Below are positions 1 to 9,086 of a stretch of 64,000 bases of DNA, in pieces. Below the pieces are notes generated by a model, which saw only the letters and a program-made list of their open reading frames with translations, did not search any database and was not told the DNA's origin. Position 1 is the stretch's first letter, and each line of letters starts with the position of its first letter. Source of the DNA: an uncultured Melioribacter sp. (GTDB lineage: Bacteria > Bacteroidota > Ignavibacteria > Kapaibacteriales > Kapaibacteriaceae). The stretch lies in assembly GCA_964465685.1 (NCBI GenBank), contig CAYXKK010000002.1:106852-170851 (forward strand). Direction: 5' to 3'. A program made the position numbers and the translations under genes.

Positions 1-862
1 TAACGATCTCATGCATTTCAGCATTTGTCAAGCGTCCGCTTCGCAAGGCCTGCAAACCAACGGCCGCATCAGCTGAGATAAGACGCAAGACAAGCTGTTG
101 TGCAGACATTTCAAGGGAGAATATTCCTACGGATTTACCACGTCGTGAGGCTTCGCGTGCAACCGACAGCGCAAAGGCTGTCTTACCCATCGACGGACGA
201 GCAGCCACAATAACCAAGTCTGACGGCTGGAGACCACTCAGAAGTTGGTCCAGCTGCGTGAACCCTGTTGGGACGCCGGTGATACCGTCACCTTCGCCTG
301 CAGACATCGAGAAGATGCGCTCAATAGCATCTTTTGTCAGCTTCTTCATGCCCGAGTACGAACGACGCAGACGCTTTTCGGCGACTTCGAAGATGCGTTG
401 TTCTGCACGGTCGACTTCATCGAGCGCGTCTGTTGTCTCGTCGTAGCATTGCTGCGCAATCTCGCCAGCAACCTTGATGAGCTGACGCTTGAGGAATCGT
501 TCGAGGACAATCCGGGCATGATATTCAACGTTCGCCGACGATACAGTGCGAACGCTGATCTCGGTGAGCGCGAACATGCCGCCAACACGCTCAAGCGTTC
601 CATCGCGTTGAAGTTGGTCGCTCAGCGATACAAGGTCGATCGTTACGCCACGCTCGAACATCGTCATCATGGCTTTGAAGATGAGGACGTGCTTATCGTG
701 ATAGAAACACTCAGCATCCACGACCTCAACGACTTTCGGGACAGCGTCTTTGTCGATGAGCATTGCTCCTAAGACGGCTACCTCAGCATCAGTTGAATGG
801 GGCGGAATGTTCCCGGTGCGAATCTCGTCAGCATCGGTCGATATGCGGTTACGGCTTGCCAT
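1..862 (-). CDS. dnaB: replicative DNA helicase DnaB (N-terminal ~287 aa; gene runs out of the window at position 1)
   Basis: The minus-strand frame is open from the window edge up to an ATG near 862. The translation reads MASRNRISTDADEIRTGNIPPHSTDAEVAVLGAML... and contains the DnaB Walker A block 'LVIVAARPSMGKTAFALSVA' and the 'FSLEMS' motif. It is absent from the ORF track only because it has no stop codon inside the window. Confidence 0.9.
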   Translation of the reverse strand, partial: MASRNRISTDADEIRTGNIPPHSTDAEVAVLGAMLIDKDAVPKVVEVVDAECFYHDKHVLIFKAMMTMFERGVTIDLVSLSDQLQRDGTLERVGGMFALTEISVRTVSSANVEYHARIVLERFLKRQLIKVAGEIAQQCYDETTDALDEVDRAEQRIFEVAEKRLRRSYSGMKKLTKDAIERIFSMSAGEGDGITGVPTGFTQLDQLLSGLQPSDLVIVAARPSMGKTAFALSVAREASRRGKSVGIFSLEMSAQQLVLRLISADAAVGLQALRSGRLTNAEMHEIV

Positions 863-929
863 GCGTGCAAACTATGGAAAGGTCCGTGGTGTTTATCCAC
901 TGTTTTCCCAACCAATTTTCCCTCACAGC

Positions 930-1928
930 TTACGGAATCACGATTTCCCGCTTAAGCTCCGCGCTGGCATAGAGGGCTTCGACGATCTTCATGCGCTCGC
1001 AGGCCTCATCAATGGTCGAAATCATGGGCACAACGCCCTTAATCCCATTGACGAAGTGCTTGAACTCCGACTCGTAACTCTTCTTATAAATCTCGAGCTG
1101 GGTCTTCTTCGGCGGTGTCGACGTTGACTGGATGGAAGATCCTTGCTTGCGCACAAGACGGTATGGGTTGATATAGGCACTGCCCTTTTTCCCGAACACA
1201 TTGCAGTAGTACAGATCTTCAGCTCTCACGAGCGACCAGCTTGTTTCGATTGTGGCGATGGATCCGTTCTCAAACTGCAGCATTGCAACGACCACATCTT
1301 CGACGGTCTTTGTTTCATGATGGAATGTTGACGCCATCACGCTGCGTACACGACCGAAATCAAAGACGTGCAGGATCATATCGAGCACAGCAATTCCGAG
1401 ATCCACCAGCACGCCGCCCCCTGACATGTCGGCATTGGCAAGCCAACGGGCGTCCGTTGAACGCTGCTTCACCCAGCCTGCTTTCACGTAGTATGGCGAA
1501 CCAATCTCGCCACGGTCGACTGCGTTCTTCATGTTCACGACGTCAGGACGGAACCGATGGTTCATACCGATCATTACCTGCACACCATGCTCTTGTGCAA
1601 GCGCTCGCATATCCAGCGTCTCTTGCAACGTGCGTCCGGCCGGACGCTCCACGAACACATGCTTGCCGGCCGCCATCGCTTGCATGGCAACACTGGCGTG
1701 TGCATCTGTCGACGTTGTTACGACAACAGCATCCACACCATCGAGGGAGAGTGCGTCGTCGAGCGATCGAAACGTGTGGGGCACACCGTATTTCTCGGCG
1801 AGGATTCTCGCCTTCGCGATTTGACGGTCACAAATTGCGACGATGCGCACACCAGGCATCGCTGAGAATAATGGCAGGTGAATGCTTTGGGCAATGTTAC
1901 CTGCGCCGACAAGTACGATTCCAATCAT
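930..1928 (-). CDS. Gfo/Idh/MocA family NAD(P)-dependent oxidoreductase
   Basis: 332-aa ORF with an N-terminal Rossmann fold 'IGIVLVGAGNIAQSIHLP' and a family-typical 'VFVERP' (EKP-like) motif. ATG at 1928. Confidence 0.85.
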   Translation of the reverse strand: MIGIVLVGAGNIAQSIHLPLFSAMPGVRIVAICDRQIAKARILAEKYGVPHTFRSLDDALSLDGVDAVVVTTSTDAHASVAMQAMAAGKHVFVERPAGRTLQETLDMRALAQEHGVQVMIGMNHRFRPDVVNMKNAVDRGEIGSPYYVKAGWVKQRSTDARWLANADMSGGGVLVDLGIAVLDMILHVFDFGRVRSVMASTFHHETKTVEDVVVAMLQFENGSIATIETSWSLVRAEDLYYCNVFGKKGSAYINPYRLVRKQGSSIQSTSTPPKKTQLEIYKKSYESEFKHFVNGIKGVVPMISTIDEACERMKIVEALYASAELKREIVIP

Positions 1929-1955
1929 GGCAAGACGACAGCAAGAATCGTGCCG

Positions 1956-2978
1956 TCACGCGACTTCGTGTATGGCATGCAGCACCGCCCCTACAGTAAC
2001 TCCCTCCATGCACAGAAAGTGTCCCTTTGGACACGAGGAACGGCCGATGTGCGAACACGGTCTGCATGCGACGTCGTGTTCGACAATCCGGAAACTCGTT
2101 CCGTATGGCGCAAAGCCCAACTCACGCACCGTCGAGCCAAAGATTGCCACAACCGGTGCACGTCGCGCAGCCGCGAGATGCATCACGCCGGTATCATTGG
2201 TCACGATGCAGGCACAGGTATCAATCATGCGAATCGTCGACTCGATCGACGTTGCCCCATCAGCTCGAACCACCGACACGCCGGCTGCCGACGCTACCGA
2301 CGTACAAAGCTCGACGTCGCCTGGTCCGCCCAGCAGCACCACCTCGTGCCCCTGTCGCACGAGTGTGGCTGCAAGTTCTGCATACCGCACGATGGGCCAA
2401 CGCTTCGTGGCATGATGCGCGCCGGGAACGAGTCCGATGCGCTTGCGCTCGAGCACAGGTCGCACAGACGGGTATGCACCTTCGGCATGTTCTTCAGGAA
2501 GCCATACCTCGCAACCATCGCTATCCTGCGTAAGGGGCAAGTAATCCACCGGTGAACGATAGCGATCAACAATCGATGTCGTCACAGCAGGTCGACGCTT
2601 GAGATACACCATCGACAGCTTTTCCATCCGATGCTTGGGCGCGCGCACCACCGTTGCACCAAGCCCCCGACGCACAGTAGCCGAACGAAATGAGTTCTGC
2701 AGGTCGACGATCAAATCATACTGTCCGCCCCATTCACCGCTGAGTGATTCCAGCATCTCGAGCTTGAGTTCGTCGAGTCCTGCTTCGGATGCATGAACCG
2801 ATGGAACTGGCCACACGCATGTCACGTGTGGGTTGTTCGCCCAAACATCAACGAATCGGTCTGCGACCGCAACATCAATGCGAGCATCTGGATACGTGCG
2901 ACGGAGCTGTCGAGCCAGCGGCGTTGCCAGTACAACGTCGCCCATTGATGACAGTCGGATAACAAGAATTGATCGCAT
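1956..2978 (-). CDS. glycosyltransferase family 9 (LPS heptosyltransferase-like)
   Basis: 340-aa ORF starting 'MRSILVIRLSSMGDVVLATPLARQLRRTYPDA', typical of ADP-heptose:LPS heptosyltransferases. It ends 28 nt upstream of the oxidoreductase start, consistent with an operon. Confidence 0.8.
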   Translation of the reverse strand: MRSILVIRLSSMGDVVLATPLARQLRRTYPDARIDVAVADRFVDVWANNPHVTCVWPVPSVHASEAGLDELKLEMLESLSGEWGGQYDLIVDLQNSFRSATVRRGLGATVVRAPKHRMEKLSMVYLKRRPAVTTSIVDRYRSPVDYLPLTQDSDGCEVWLPEEHAEGAYPSVRPVLERKRIGLVPGAHHATKRWPIVRYAELAATLVRQGHEVVLLGGPGDVELCTSVASAAGVSVVRADGATSIESTIRMIDTCACIVTNDTGVMHLAAARRAPVVAIFGSTVRELGFAPYGTSFRIVEHDVACRPCSHIGRSSCPKGHFLCMEGVTVGAVLHAIHEVA

Positions 2979-3042
2979 GTCTGCAAAGTTGCGATCAATT
3001 GCGATCTTTGCACCATCACCATTTTATCTGAGGTGCCTGCAC

Positions 3043-3384
3043 ATGCGCTTTTCCGTTGAACAAGACGACGAGCTGGTAGTATTTACGATCAAAGAGCCAA
3101 TGCTCGACTCTACAATTGCTCCTGACGTCAAGAGCGAGTTGTTGATTCTCTGTCAGCCCTCAATCAAAGCGCTTGTGATCGACCTGACGATGGTCCACTT
3201 TTGCGACTCGCAGGGGCTGTCATCCCTTCTGCTGGCTCACCGACAGATGAAGGAGCACGAGGGGTTCGTCGTTCTCGTTGGAACACAGGAAACCGTGCGA
3301 AACCTCTTCCGGATTTCGCAGATCGAATATCTGTTCGAGTTTCAGCCGAGTGTGGCCGAGGCTATTGCCTGGCTTCAGTCCTAA
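3043..3384 (+). CDS. STAS-domain anti-sigma-factor antagonist (SpoIIAA/RsbV-like)
   Basis: ATG at 3043 inside ORF 2833..3384. The 113-aa product reads 'MRFSVEQDDELVVFTIKEP...' and carries the conserved phosphorylatable 'FCDSQGLSSL' (DSxG) motif of anti-anti-sigma factors. Confidence 0.75.
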   Translation: MRFSVEQDDELVVFTIKEPMLDSTIAPDVKSELLILCQPSIKALVIDLTMVHFCDSQGLSSLLLAHRQMKEHEGFVVLVGTQETVRNLFRISQIEYLFEFQPSVAEAIAWLQS

Positions 3385-3406
3385 GCTTCCGCTAGGAAAC
3401 GCGACG

Positions 3407-3913
3407 TTAGTTCTTCTCTGGCAGCGGCAGTGACCCCGGGATCCCCATCAATGGGAAGTCCTTCCGCAGTGGGTAGAGCTGCGTGCCATTCTCATCCATG
3501 AAGTCTTCCGGCATATAAAACCGGCGAAGATCAGGATGCCCGTCGAACATGATGCCGTACATATCGTACGTTTCACGCTCGTACCAATTTGCCGACTCAT
3601 ACACATCGACGACTGTTGGTACGTGCGGCGCATCCTCGCGCACAGCTACCTTGATGCGTACGCGCGTCTTGTGCTCAAGCGAGTAGAGGAAGTACACGAC
3701 CTCGAAGCGGTCAGGAGTCTTAGCCCAATCAATTGCCGTAATGTCGATCAACTGCGAGAAGGACATCTGCGGATTTTCCTTCAGCTCGTGCAAGACATCA
3801 ATCAGCTGAGCCTTTGGCACCGTAATCGTCAGGTCGCCATGATGCTCTACCGGCGTCACATCTGATGCAACGGCCTTCACAACATTGATGATGTCCGAAA
3901 ATGCTTGTGCCAT
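3407..3913 (-). CDS. nuoC: NADH-quinone oxidoreductase subunit C (30-kDa subunit), stand-alone
   Basis: Translation 'MAQAFSDIINVVKA...YFLYSLEHKTRVRIKVAV...NWYERETYDMYGIMFDGHPDLRR' is a textbook NuoC/Nqo5. The internal ATG at 3913 fits the family N-terminus; the ORF track extends to 4000. Confidence 0.8.
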   Translation of the reverse strand: MAQAFSDIINVVKAVASDVTPVEHHGDLTITVPKAQLIDVLHELKENPQMSFSQLIDITAIDWAKTPDRFEVVYFLYSLEHKTRVRIKVAVREDAPHVPTVVDVYESANWYERETYDMYGIMFDGHPDLRRFYMPEDFMDENGTQLYPLRKDFPLMGIPGSLPLPEKN

Positions 3914-3921
3914 GGAAAACC

Positions 3922-4587
3922 TCAGGGAGTAGGGGCAGACGAATTTGTTGATGAACGCTTCCGAGCCCATGCGGGTACGGTGCGGAATACAAAGTCCCAC
4001 AGCGGTGAGCTCACACCAAAGGCAGTGTGATCATCAACGTAGTGGTGCTTCATGTGGTACTCTTTCAAGAATCGCCCCATACGCGAGGTCATCGGGAAAT
4101 GATGCGTAGCGTAATGGATCGAATCGTATGCAACATAGCCAAAAATAAAACCGCTGAAGAGTGCATTGTGATAGGGGGCCACCAGCCATGCGAAGCCCGC
4201 GTAGAACGCACAGGCAAGTGGAACACTCACGAGCAATGGCATCACGAGTCGTGTAGAGTCGCGCGGATAGTCGTGATGAATTCCGTGCACGAGGAAGTGC
4301 ACTTGCTTACCGATCTCTGACGTTGGGTGTAGGTGAAATGCCCACCGGTGAATGACGTATTCGACGAGGGTCCACGCGAGAACGCCAAGTGCAAACACAC
4401 TTATACTCGCAATGATCCCCACTGCTTCTCCCAACCCGCCTGCGACACTCACGTACATCGTTACGAGGACCACCGGAAGAAATACAACTAACGGTGTCGC
4501 AGGATGGATATGCGAAAAGTATTCGAGAACGGGGTTCTTGAACAGTCGAATCGTTTCATCCTTATTCGATACGAACATGGAACCCAT
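3922..4587 (-). CDS. fatty acid hydroxylase / sterol desaturase superfamily membrane protein
   Basis: 221-aa ORF with several TM segments and histidine boxes 'HRWAFH', 'HGIHHDYP' and 'HYATHHFP...HMKHHY', characteristic of membrane di-iron hydroxylases (CrtZ/ERG3-like). Confidence 0.7.
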   Translation of the reverse strand: MGSMFVSNKDETIRLFKNPVLEYFSHIHPATPLVVFLPVVLVTMYVSVAGGLGEAVGIIASISVFALGVLAWTLVEYVIHRWAFHLHPTSEIGKQVHFLVHGIHHDYPRDSTRLVMPLLVSVPLACAFYAGFAWLVAPYHNALFSGFIFGYVAYDSIHYATHHFPMTSRMGRFLKEYHMKHHYVDDHTAFGVSSPLWDFVFRTVPAWARKRSSTNSSAPTP

Positions 4588-4609
4588 GAGACAAAAATAG
4601 AGAGATCGA

Positions 4610-5110
4610 CTATTCCAACCCTAGGGCACGGTGCATATCATCTCCGTAATCCGTGTAAATCTCGTCGCCCGGCTTAATCGTACGCGTGGCCACGATGTAG
4701 ATCCTGCTCCCAAACACCACATACTCAGCGTTTGGCTTCTTTCCCGATCCGTGGTAGTCACAGGCATATCGCGCTACCCCACTGGTGGTCTTGGCCGCGT
4801 CAATCACGAATCGCTCCGAGAGCTGAATTCCGTATGATCCAAGGGCATCCGAGGCATATCGGCGATCATACTGGTCCGTTGTCAGCTTTTCGCCCGTGTA
4901 CTCCACGATACGCTCATCAGCGAGGAACTTGCGCTCGGCGAACAGGCCCAATCCAGCCCCCTTAATGAGGCTTTTCTTGACCGTAACGCCGAAATGTTCC
5001 TTCGTGTGCTGCGCACAATATGGATGCGTAATACTGGTCATGCGCTTGCATTGACCGTTATCGCCACGATGTGCACACCGGCGCGTGACGTTGACTGAGT
5101 GTCGCTTCAT
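4610..5110 (-). CDS. SET-domain protein (putative protein-lysine N-methyltransferase) with N-terminal Cys/His cluster
   Basis: ATG (MKRHS...) inside ORF 4610..5131. The translation shows SET motifs 'GAGLGLFA', 'ARYACDYH' (NHSC-like) and 'EIYTDYG', preceded by 'RRCAHRGDNGQCKRMTSITHPYCAQH'. Confidence 0.7.
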   Translation of the reverse strand: MKRHSVNVTRRCAHRGDNGQCKRMTSITHPYCAQHTKEHFGVTVKKSLIKGAGLGLFAERKFLADERIVEYTGEKLTTDQYDRRYASDALGSYGIQLSERFVIDAAKTTSGVARYACDYHGSGKKPNAEYVVFGSRIYIVATRTIKPGDEIYTDYGDDMHRALGLE

Positions 5111-5232
5111 AGTCCGCGAATATACCCCCAAAACAGCAACGCCATTGTGCCCAACCTTCTGTCATGCTGCTGAATGTTCATATACTTGTCGCGACCATTT
5201 ACACTGGCTGACAACACTACGTGTGCACTACT

Positions 5233-5589
5233 ATGCCGTCACTTCGCAACGTCCTGATCGTGGTTCTTTATGTGATGATTCCGGTACTGCTATTCGTCGA
5301 CCTTGGTCTGTCATCTGAGACGTTGTCACACGTAGTGACACTCAACACGTGCCTGATCGCACTGCTCGGCGTCGACGATGTCAAGCATCGAGCAGCTTGG
5401 CCCACGACATTGATGACGCTCGTGTTGATTGGCAGCGGCACATGGAATGCGCTCCGTGCGTTCTCAACCTTCGACGACATTGTGTTCGTTACAGTCACAA
5501 CGCAAGCTGTTGCCGTTATCGCTGTGCTCTACGTCACAGCAATGAGTATCTCAGGGTTGATACACAGCTCGCGAACTGCCCGGGTATAG
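5233..5589 (+). CDS. hypothetical small membrane protein (about 4 TM helices)
   Basis: ORF 5221..5589 with an internal ATG (MPSLRNVLIVVLYVMIPVLLFV...). The only support is hydrophobic periodicity and the fact that it fills the single otherwise empty gap in this area. Confidence 0.35.
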   Translation: MPSLRNVLIVVLYVMIPVLLFVDLGLSSETLSHVVTLNTCLIALLGVDDVKHRAAWPTTLMTLVLIGSGTWNALRAFSTFDDIVFVTVTTQAVAVIAVLYVTAMSISGLIHSSRTARV

Positions 5590-5601
5590 CAGCTCTTACG
5601 G

Positions 5602-7704
5602 TCAGAACCGGAGATCGAGCATCACCATGAAGTTGCGGCCAGCCTGCACGAAGTATGTGGGCACGGTCGATGTACCGTCGAAGGTCGAACCGCCGTTGGT
5701 AACGATCATTCGATCGAGCAGGTTGTTGGCCATCACGCCGATGCGATGTTCCCCTGCGACGTTCCACCACAGACGGGCATTCACGTCGACAACTTCCGGA
5801 AGTACAAGTCCAGCAGCATTAGTAAGATCAGTGAATGACGACGAGATATACCGGATACCAGCTTCGATGGAGAGCTGATCAAGGGGCTGATAGCGGAGCG
5901 TCGCCAGCACCTGTGTTGATGGTGTGAGAATTGGCGTGACGTTGGTAAACACGGTATCGAGGCCGATGTTTTCAGGGGCAAATCGTGCTACGTTCGACGT
6001 CATGAGCGTCGCGGCAATCTCGGCCTGCAACGTGCGATGGAGGCGAACGGTCGACATCACTTCGAGTCCGAGACGACGACTGGATTCGACATTCTTGCGC
6101 AGCTGCACGAACAGCTGATCGATATACGGTCCAATTGGCGCAATCTCGTCGGTGAAGAACATTGCGAACGCTGTTACGTCGAGTGAAATGTCGTCACTCG
6201 CCGTGCGGAATCCGAGTTCAAGGTCATTCACATGCTCCGGACGTACCGTGTTCGGCGTACGGATGACAGGAAGATTCCCATCAGTGATCTGCGTGCCCCC
6301 TAACAGGTCGAACCGGGTCGGCTCCCGACTTGTGCGGCCAAATGATGCATAGATGTCGGACTCGGATGAGAGCGCATATCGTGCACCAACGCGTGGGTTG
6401 AAAAATGCCCAGCGATGCTCAGGAAACGCCTCCGTAACCGCGAGCATGTCCGGTGTCGAGAACGACATCGTCACGTGGCGAACCTGCACGTCAGCGAGGA
6501 AGCTCAATGCTCCAAGTGCATACTCAGCCCGCGCAAAAGCAGACAACTCATTCTTCGTCGTGCGATCATCGTAGTATGGACGGTTGAACTCGGGCGCAAC
6601 GGTCTCCCAGTTGCGACGACGGAATGTGTAGGCATGCAATCCAGCTCGGAGCGTGAGATCGCTCATGCGCGCATCGATGCTTGCCATTGCACCGTAGTGG
6701 CGGTTCTCGAGCGGATAGTTCAGCAGCGTCAAACCCGACGTATCACGGAAGCCGGTGAAGAAATCGCCCCCTGCCCCACCCATGTAGGCCGTAGCAGAGA
6801 GTACAGCGTCTTCGTTCAGCACATGCTGATATGCAAGCGACACAAGATGCTGTCCGAAGTCGTCCACATCCGCACTATCGTTCAGGTTCGTGCGCGGGTC
6901 TGCATCGGCCAGCGCCTTCGGCACCGGAAAATATCCGAGTTCATTCTGTGTTCGACCCCACAGACCAGTGAGTTGAAGCGAGTTTGTGTTCGTAGCATCC
7001 TGCCAGCGGGCTGCAACGTGGGCTGAGTTCGCAGTTGTTCCCGTATGACGTCGATATCCGTCGGTCGAAAGCGTTGTGAATCGTGCATACATATTCACCG
7101 AGCTGTCGATCGATCCCGTGCGCACAGCGGCACTACCTCGCAGCATGTTGAACGAGCCACCCGATAGCTGCACATTTGCCATAGGTTTGCGCGCGTCGCC
7201 GTAGAGAGAGAGCGACGGTGACGTTAACCCGACAGCACCTGCGAAGGATGCTGTGCCGTTGGTACTCAGGCCTGTCCCGCGCTGCACCTGTACCGACGCC
7301 ATGCCGTTCATCAAGTCGCCGATGTTCGAGAAGAACACCCCTTGATCAATCATGTCATTGAGTGGCACGCCATCAAGCGTCACGTTGACACGCGTTTGGT
7401 CGATACCCCGCAGACGGAAGGTTCCGTAGTTCGAGACCGCGGTACCGGATTCCGAGTACGAGATCACCGATGGTACGGTCCGTTCAAGCACGTACTGGAC
7501 GTCCTGTCCGATGTAGAGCCGCTCGACGGCGGCCTTGGTTACCGTGGTCTGCGTCACGGGGTCGGCCGCCTGTGCATAGGGCGACGTCTCTACGCGGATC
7601 TCGCGCATGCGATACGTAGCTGTATCACGAGTAGCCGACGATTGAGCAAAACCTGGTGAAAGTGTGGCACATCCAAGTACCACCAATGCTGCGAGCTTGC
7701 GCAT
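5602..7704 (-). CDS. TonB-dependent outer-membrane receptor
   Basis: 700-aa ORF with signal peptide 'MRKLAALVVLGCATLSPGFAQ', a plug-domain region 'TFRLRGIDQTRVNVTLDGVPLND' and a C-terminal beta-barrel ending in an aromatic residue ('...MVMLDLRF'). Confidence 0.85.
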   Translation of the reverse strand: MRKLAALVVLGCATLSPGFAQSSATRDTATYRMREIRVETSPYAQAADPVTQTTVTKAAVERLYIGQDVQYVLERTVPSVISYSESGTAVSNYGTFRLRGIDQTRVNVTLDGVPLNDMIDQGVFFSNIGDLMNGMASVQVQRGTGLSTNGTASFAGAVGLTSPSLSLYGDARKPMANVQLSGGSFNMLRGSAAVRTGSIDSSVNMYARFTTLSTDGYRRHTGTTANSAHVAARWQDATNTNSLQLTGLWGRTQNELGYFPVPKALADADPRTNLNDSADVDDFGQHLVSLAYQHVLNEDAVLSATAYMGGAGGDFFTGFRDTSGLTLLNYPLENRHYGAMASIDARMSDLTLRAGLHAYTFRRRNWETVAPEFNRPYYDDRTTKNELSAFARAEYALGALSFLADVQVRHVTMSFSTPDMLAVTEAFPEHRWAFFNPRVGARYALSSESDIYASFGRTSREPTRFDLLGGTQITDGNLPVIRTPNTVRPEHVNDLELGFRTASDDISLDVTAFAMFFTDEIAPIGPYIDQLFVQLRKNVESSRRLGLEVMSTVRLHRTLQAEIAATLMTSNVARFAPENIGLDTVFTNVTPILTPSTQVLATLRYQPLDQLSIEAGIRYISSSFTDLTNAAGLVLPEVVDVNARLWWNVAGEHRIGVMANNLLDRMIVTNGGSTFDGTSTVPTYFVQAGRNFMVMLDLRF

Positions 7705-7817
7705 GGTTGACCTCGTTTTCCTTCGCCGGCATTATCCGGATCAGGTTCAAAGAGTTTATTCTCAGCCACCGACCTTCGGTAGCACCTCTAACGGGAGCGC
7801 GAATATAGCGAGTATCT
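7705..7817. promoter_or_regulatory. divergent intergenic region (TonB-dependent receptor <-> murA)
   Basis: 113-bp non-coding gap between divergently transcribed genes. It must hold both promoters; no specific motif was verified. Confidence 0.3.
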
Positions 7818-9086
7818 TTGCGCATGGACAAATTCATTGTTGATGGTGGGGTTCGCCTCACGGGGACCGTTGACATCTCTGGTGCAAAGAATGCATCGCT
7901 TGCTCTGATGCCTGCCTGCTTGCTTGCGCCTGGGACATTTACCTTTCGCAACACACCGAACAATCGTGACTTATGGACGATGAGTCGTCTGCTTGGCAGT
8001 ATGGGCGTGCAGATGCATCTCGATGGAGATGTGCTCACCCTTGATGGGTCTCACCTCACGAGTCACGAGGCACCGTATGACTACGTCAAGCAGATGCGTG
8101 CGTCGATCTACGTGCTCGGGCCACTCGTTGCTCGCTATGGCGAAGCACGCGTGTCACTTCCCGGTGGCTGCAACTTTGGTCCACGTCCGGTCGACCTTCA
8201 TCTTAAGGGGCTCGAAAAGCTTGGTGTATCGATCGAGGTTGAAGGCGGATATATCATCGCCAAAGCGGATCGCTTGAAAGGCAATCACTTCCACTTCGAT
8301 ATTTCAAGTGTTGGCGCATCGGTCAACATCATCATGGCTGCAGTTCTTGCAAAGGGGCATACAACACTCACGAATGTCGCCTTGGAGCCAGAAGTAACGT
8401 CTGTGATCGACATGCTCATTGCCATGGGCGCAAAGATTTCTGGCGTCGGAACAACGACACTCGAAATCGAGGGCGTAGATGAACTGCGCAATGTTGATGT
8501 GTCGACGATTCCAGATCGTATTGAAGCCGCAACATTCCTCATCGCCGCAGCAATGACGAAGGGCGATGTAACGGTTCGTAAGGTTGAGCCGCGCCATCTT
8601 ACGGCAGTGACGCAAGCACTCGAGGATGCAGGATGCACACTCGATGTGGGAACAGACACGATCCGCATATCGATGGATCGTAGTCCGGACCCAGTCGACA
8701 TTACAGCAACGATCTACCCCGGCTATCCGACAGACTCACAAGCGCAATGGGCAGCATTTATGCTCACGTCAACAGGCGCAGCGCGCATCAAGGACACGAT
8801 CTACCCAACACGTTTCGGATATGTTCCTGAATTGCAGCGACTTGGTGCAGACATCGAGACGGGCGAAGGGTACTGCGTTGTCAAGGGTGGAGCAAAGCTC
8901 ACCGGCGCAACCGTGATGTCGAGCGACCTTCGTGCGAGCGCAAGCTTAGTTATGGCCGCAATGATCGCCGAGGGGCAAACGGAGATTCTCCGCGTGTACC
9001 ATCTCGATCGTGGCTATGAAGCGCTTGAGCATAAGCTCGGAGCATTAGGAGCAGTGATTCGTCGAGAAAAGACCGAGGAATTCTGA
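7818..9086 (+). CDS. murA: UDP-N-acetylglucosamine 1-carboxyvinyltransferase
   Basis: 422-aa ORF matching MurA along its full length ('MDKFIVDGGVRLTGTVDISGAKNA...'), including the active-site Cys region 'LPGGCNFGPRPVDLH'. Confidence 0.95.
   Translation: MRMDKFIVDGGVRLTGTVDISGAKNASLALMPACLLAPGTFTFRNTPNNRDLWTMSRLLGSMGVQMHLDGDVLTLDGSHLTSHEAPYDYVKQMRASIYVLGPLVARYGEARVSLPGGCNFGPRPVDLHLKGLEKLGVSIEVEGGYIIAKADRLKGNHFHFDISSVGASVNIIMAAVLAKGHTTLTNVALEPEVTSVIDMLIAMGAKISGVGTTTLEIEGVDELRNVDVSTIPDRIEAATFLIAAAMTKGDVTVRKVEPRHLTAVTQALEDAGCTLDVGTDTIRISMDRSPDPVDITATIYPGYPTDSQAQWAAFMLTSTGAARIKDTIYPTRFGYVPELQRLGADIETGEGYCVVKGGAKLTGATVMSSDLRASASLVMAAMIAEGQTEILRVYHLDRGYEALEHKLGALGAVIRREKTEEF

Noticed and set aside
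245-772. 175-aa plus-strand ORF (and the shorter ORFs 258..446 and 346..603) at the window start
   Set aside because: They lie entirely antisense to, or in an alternate frame of, the clearly recognisable dnaB coding sequence (Walker A and H1a motifs on the minus strand). High GC produces long spurious ORFs.
1241-2555. Plus-strand ORFs 1241..1999 (252 aa), 1878..2555 (225 aa) and 2027..2533
   Set aside because: Arg/Ser/Pro/Ala-rich translations with no motifs, antisense to the Gfo/Idh/MocA and GT9 genes. They are typical high-GC shadow ORFs.
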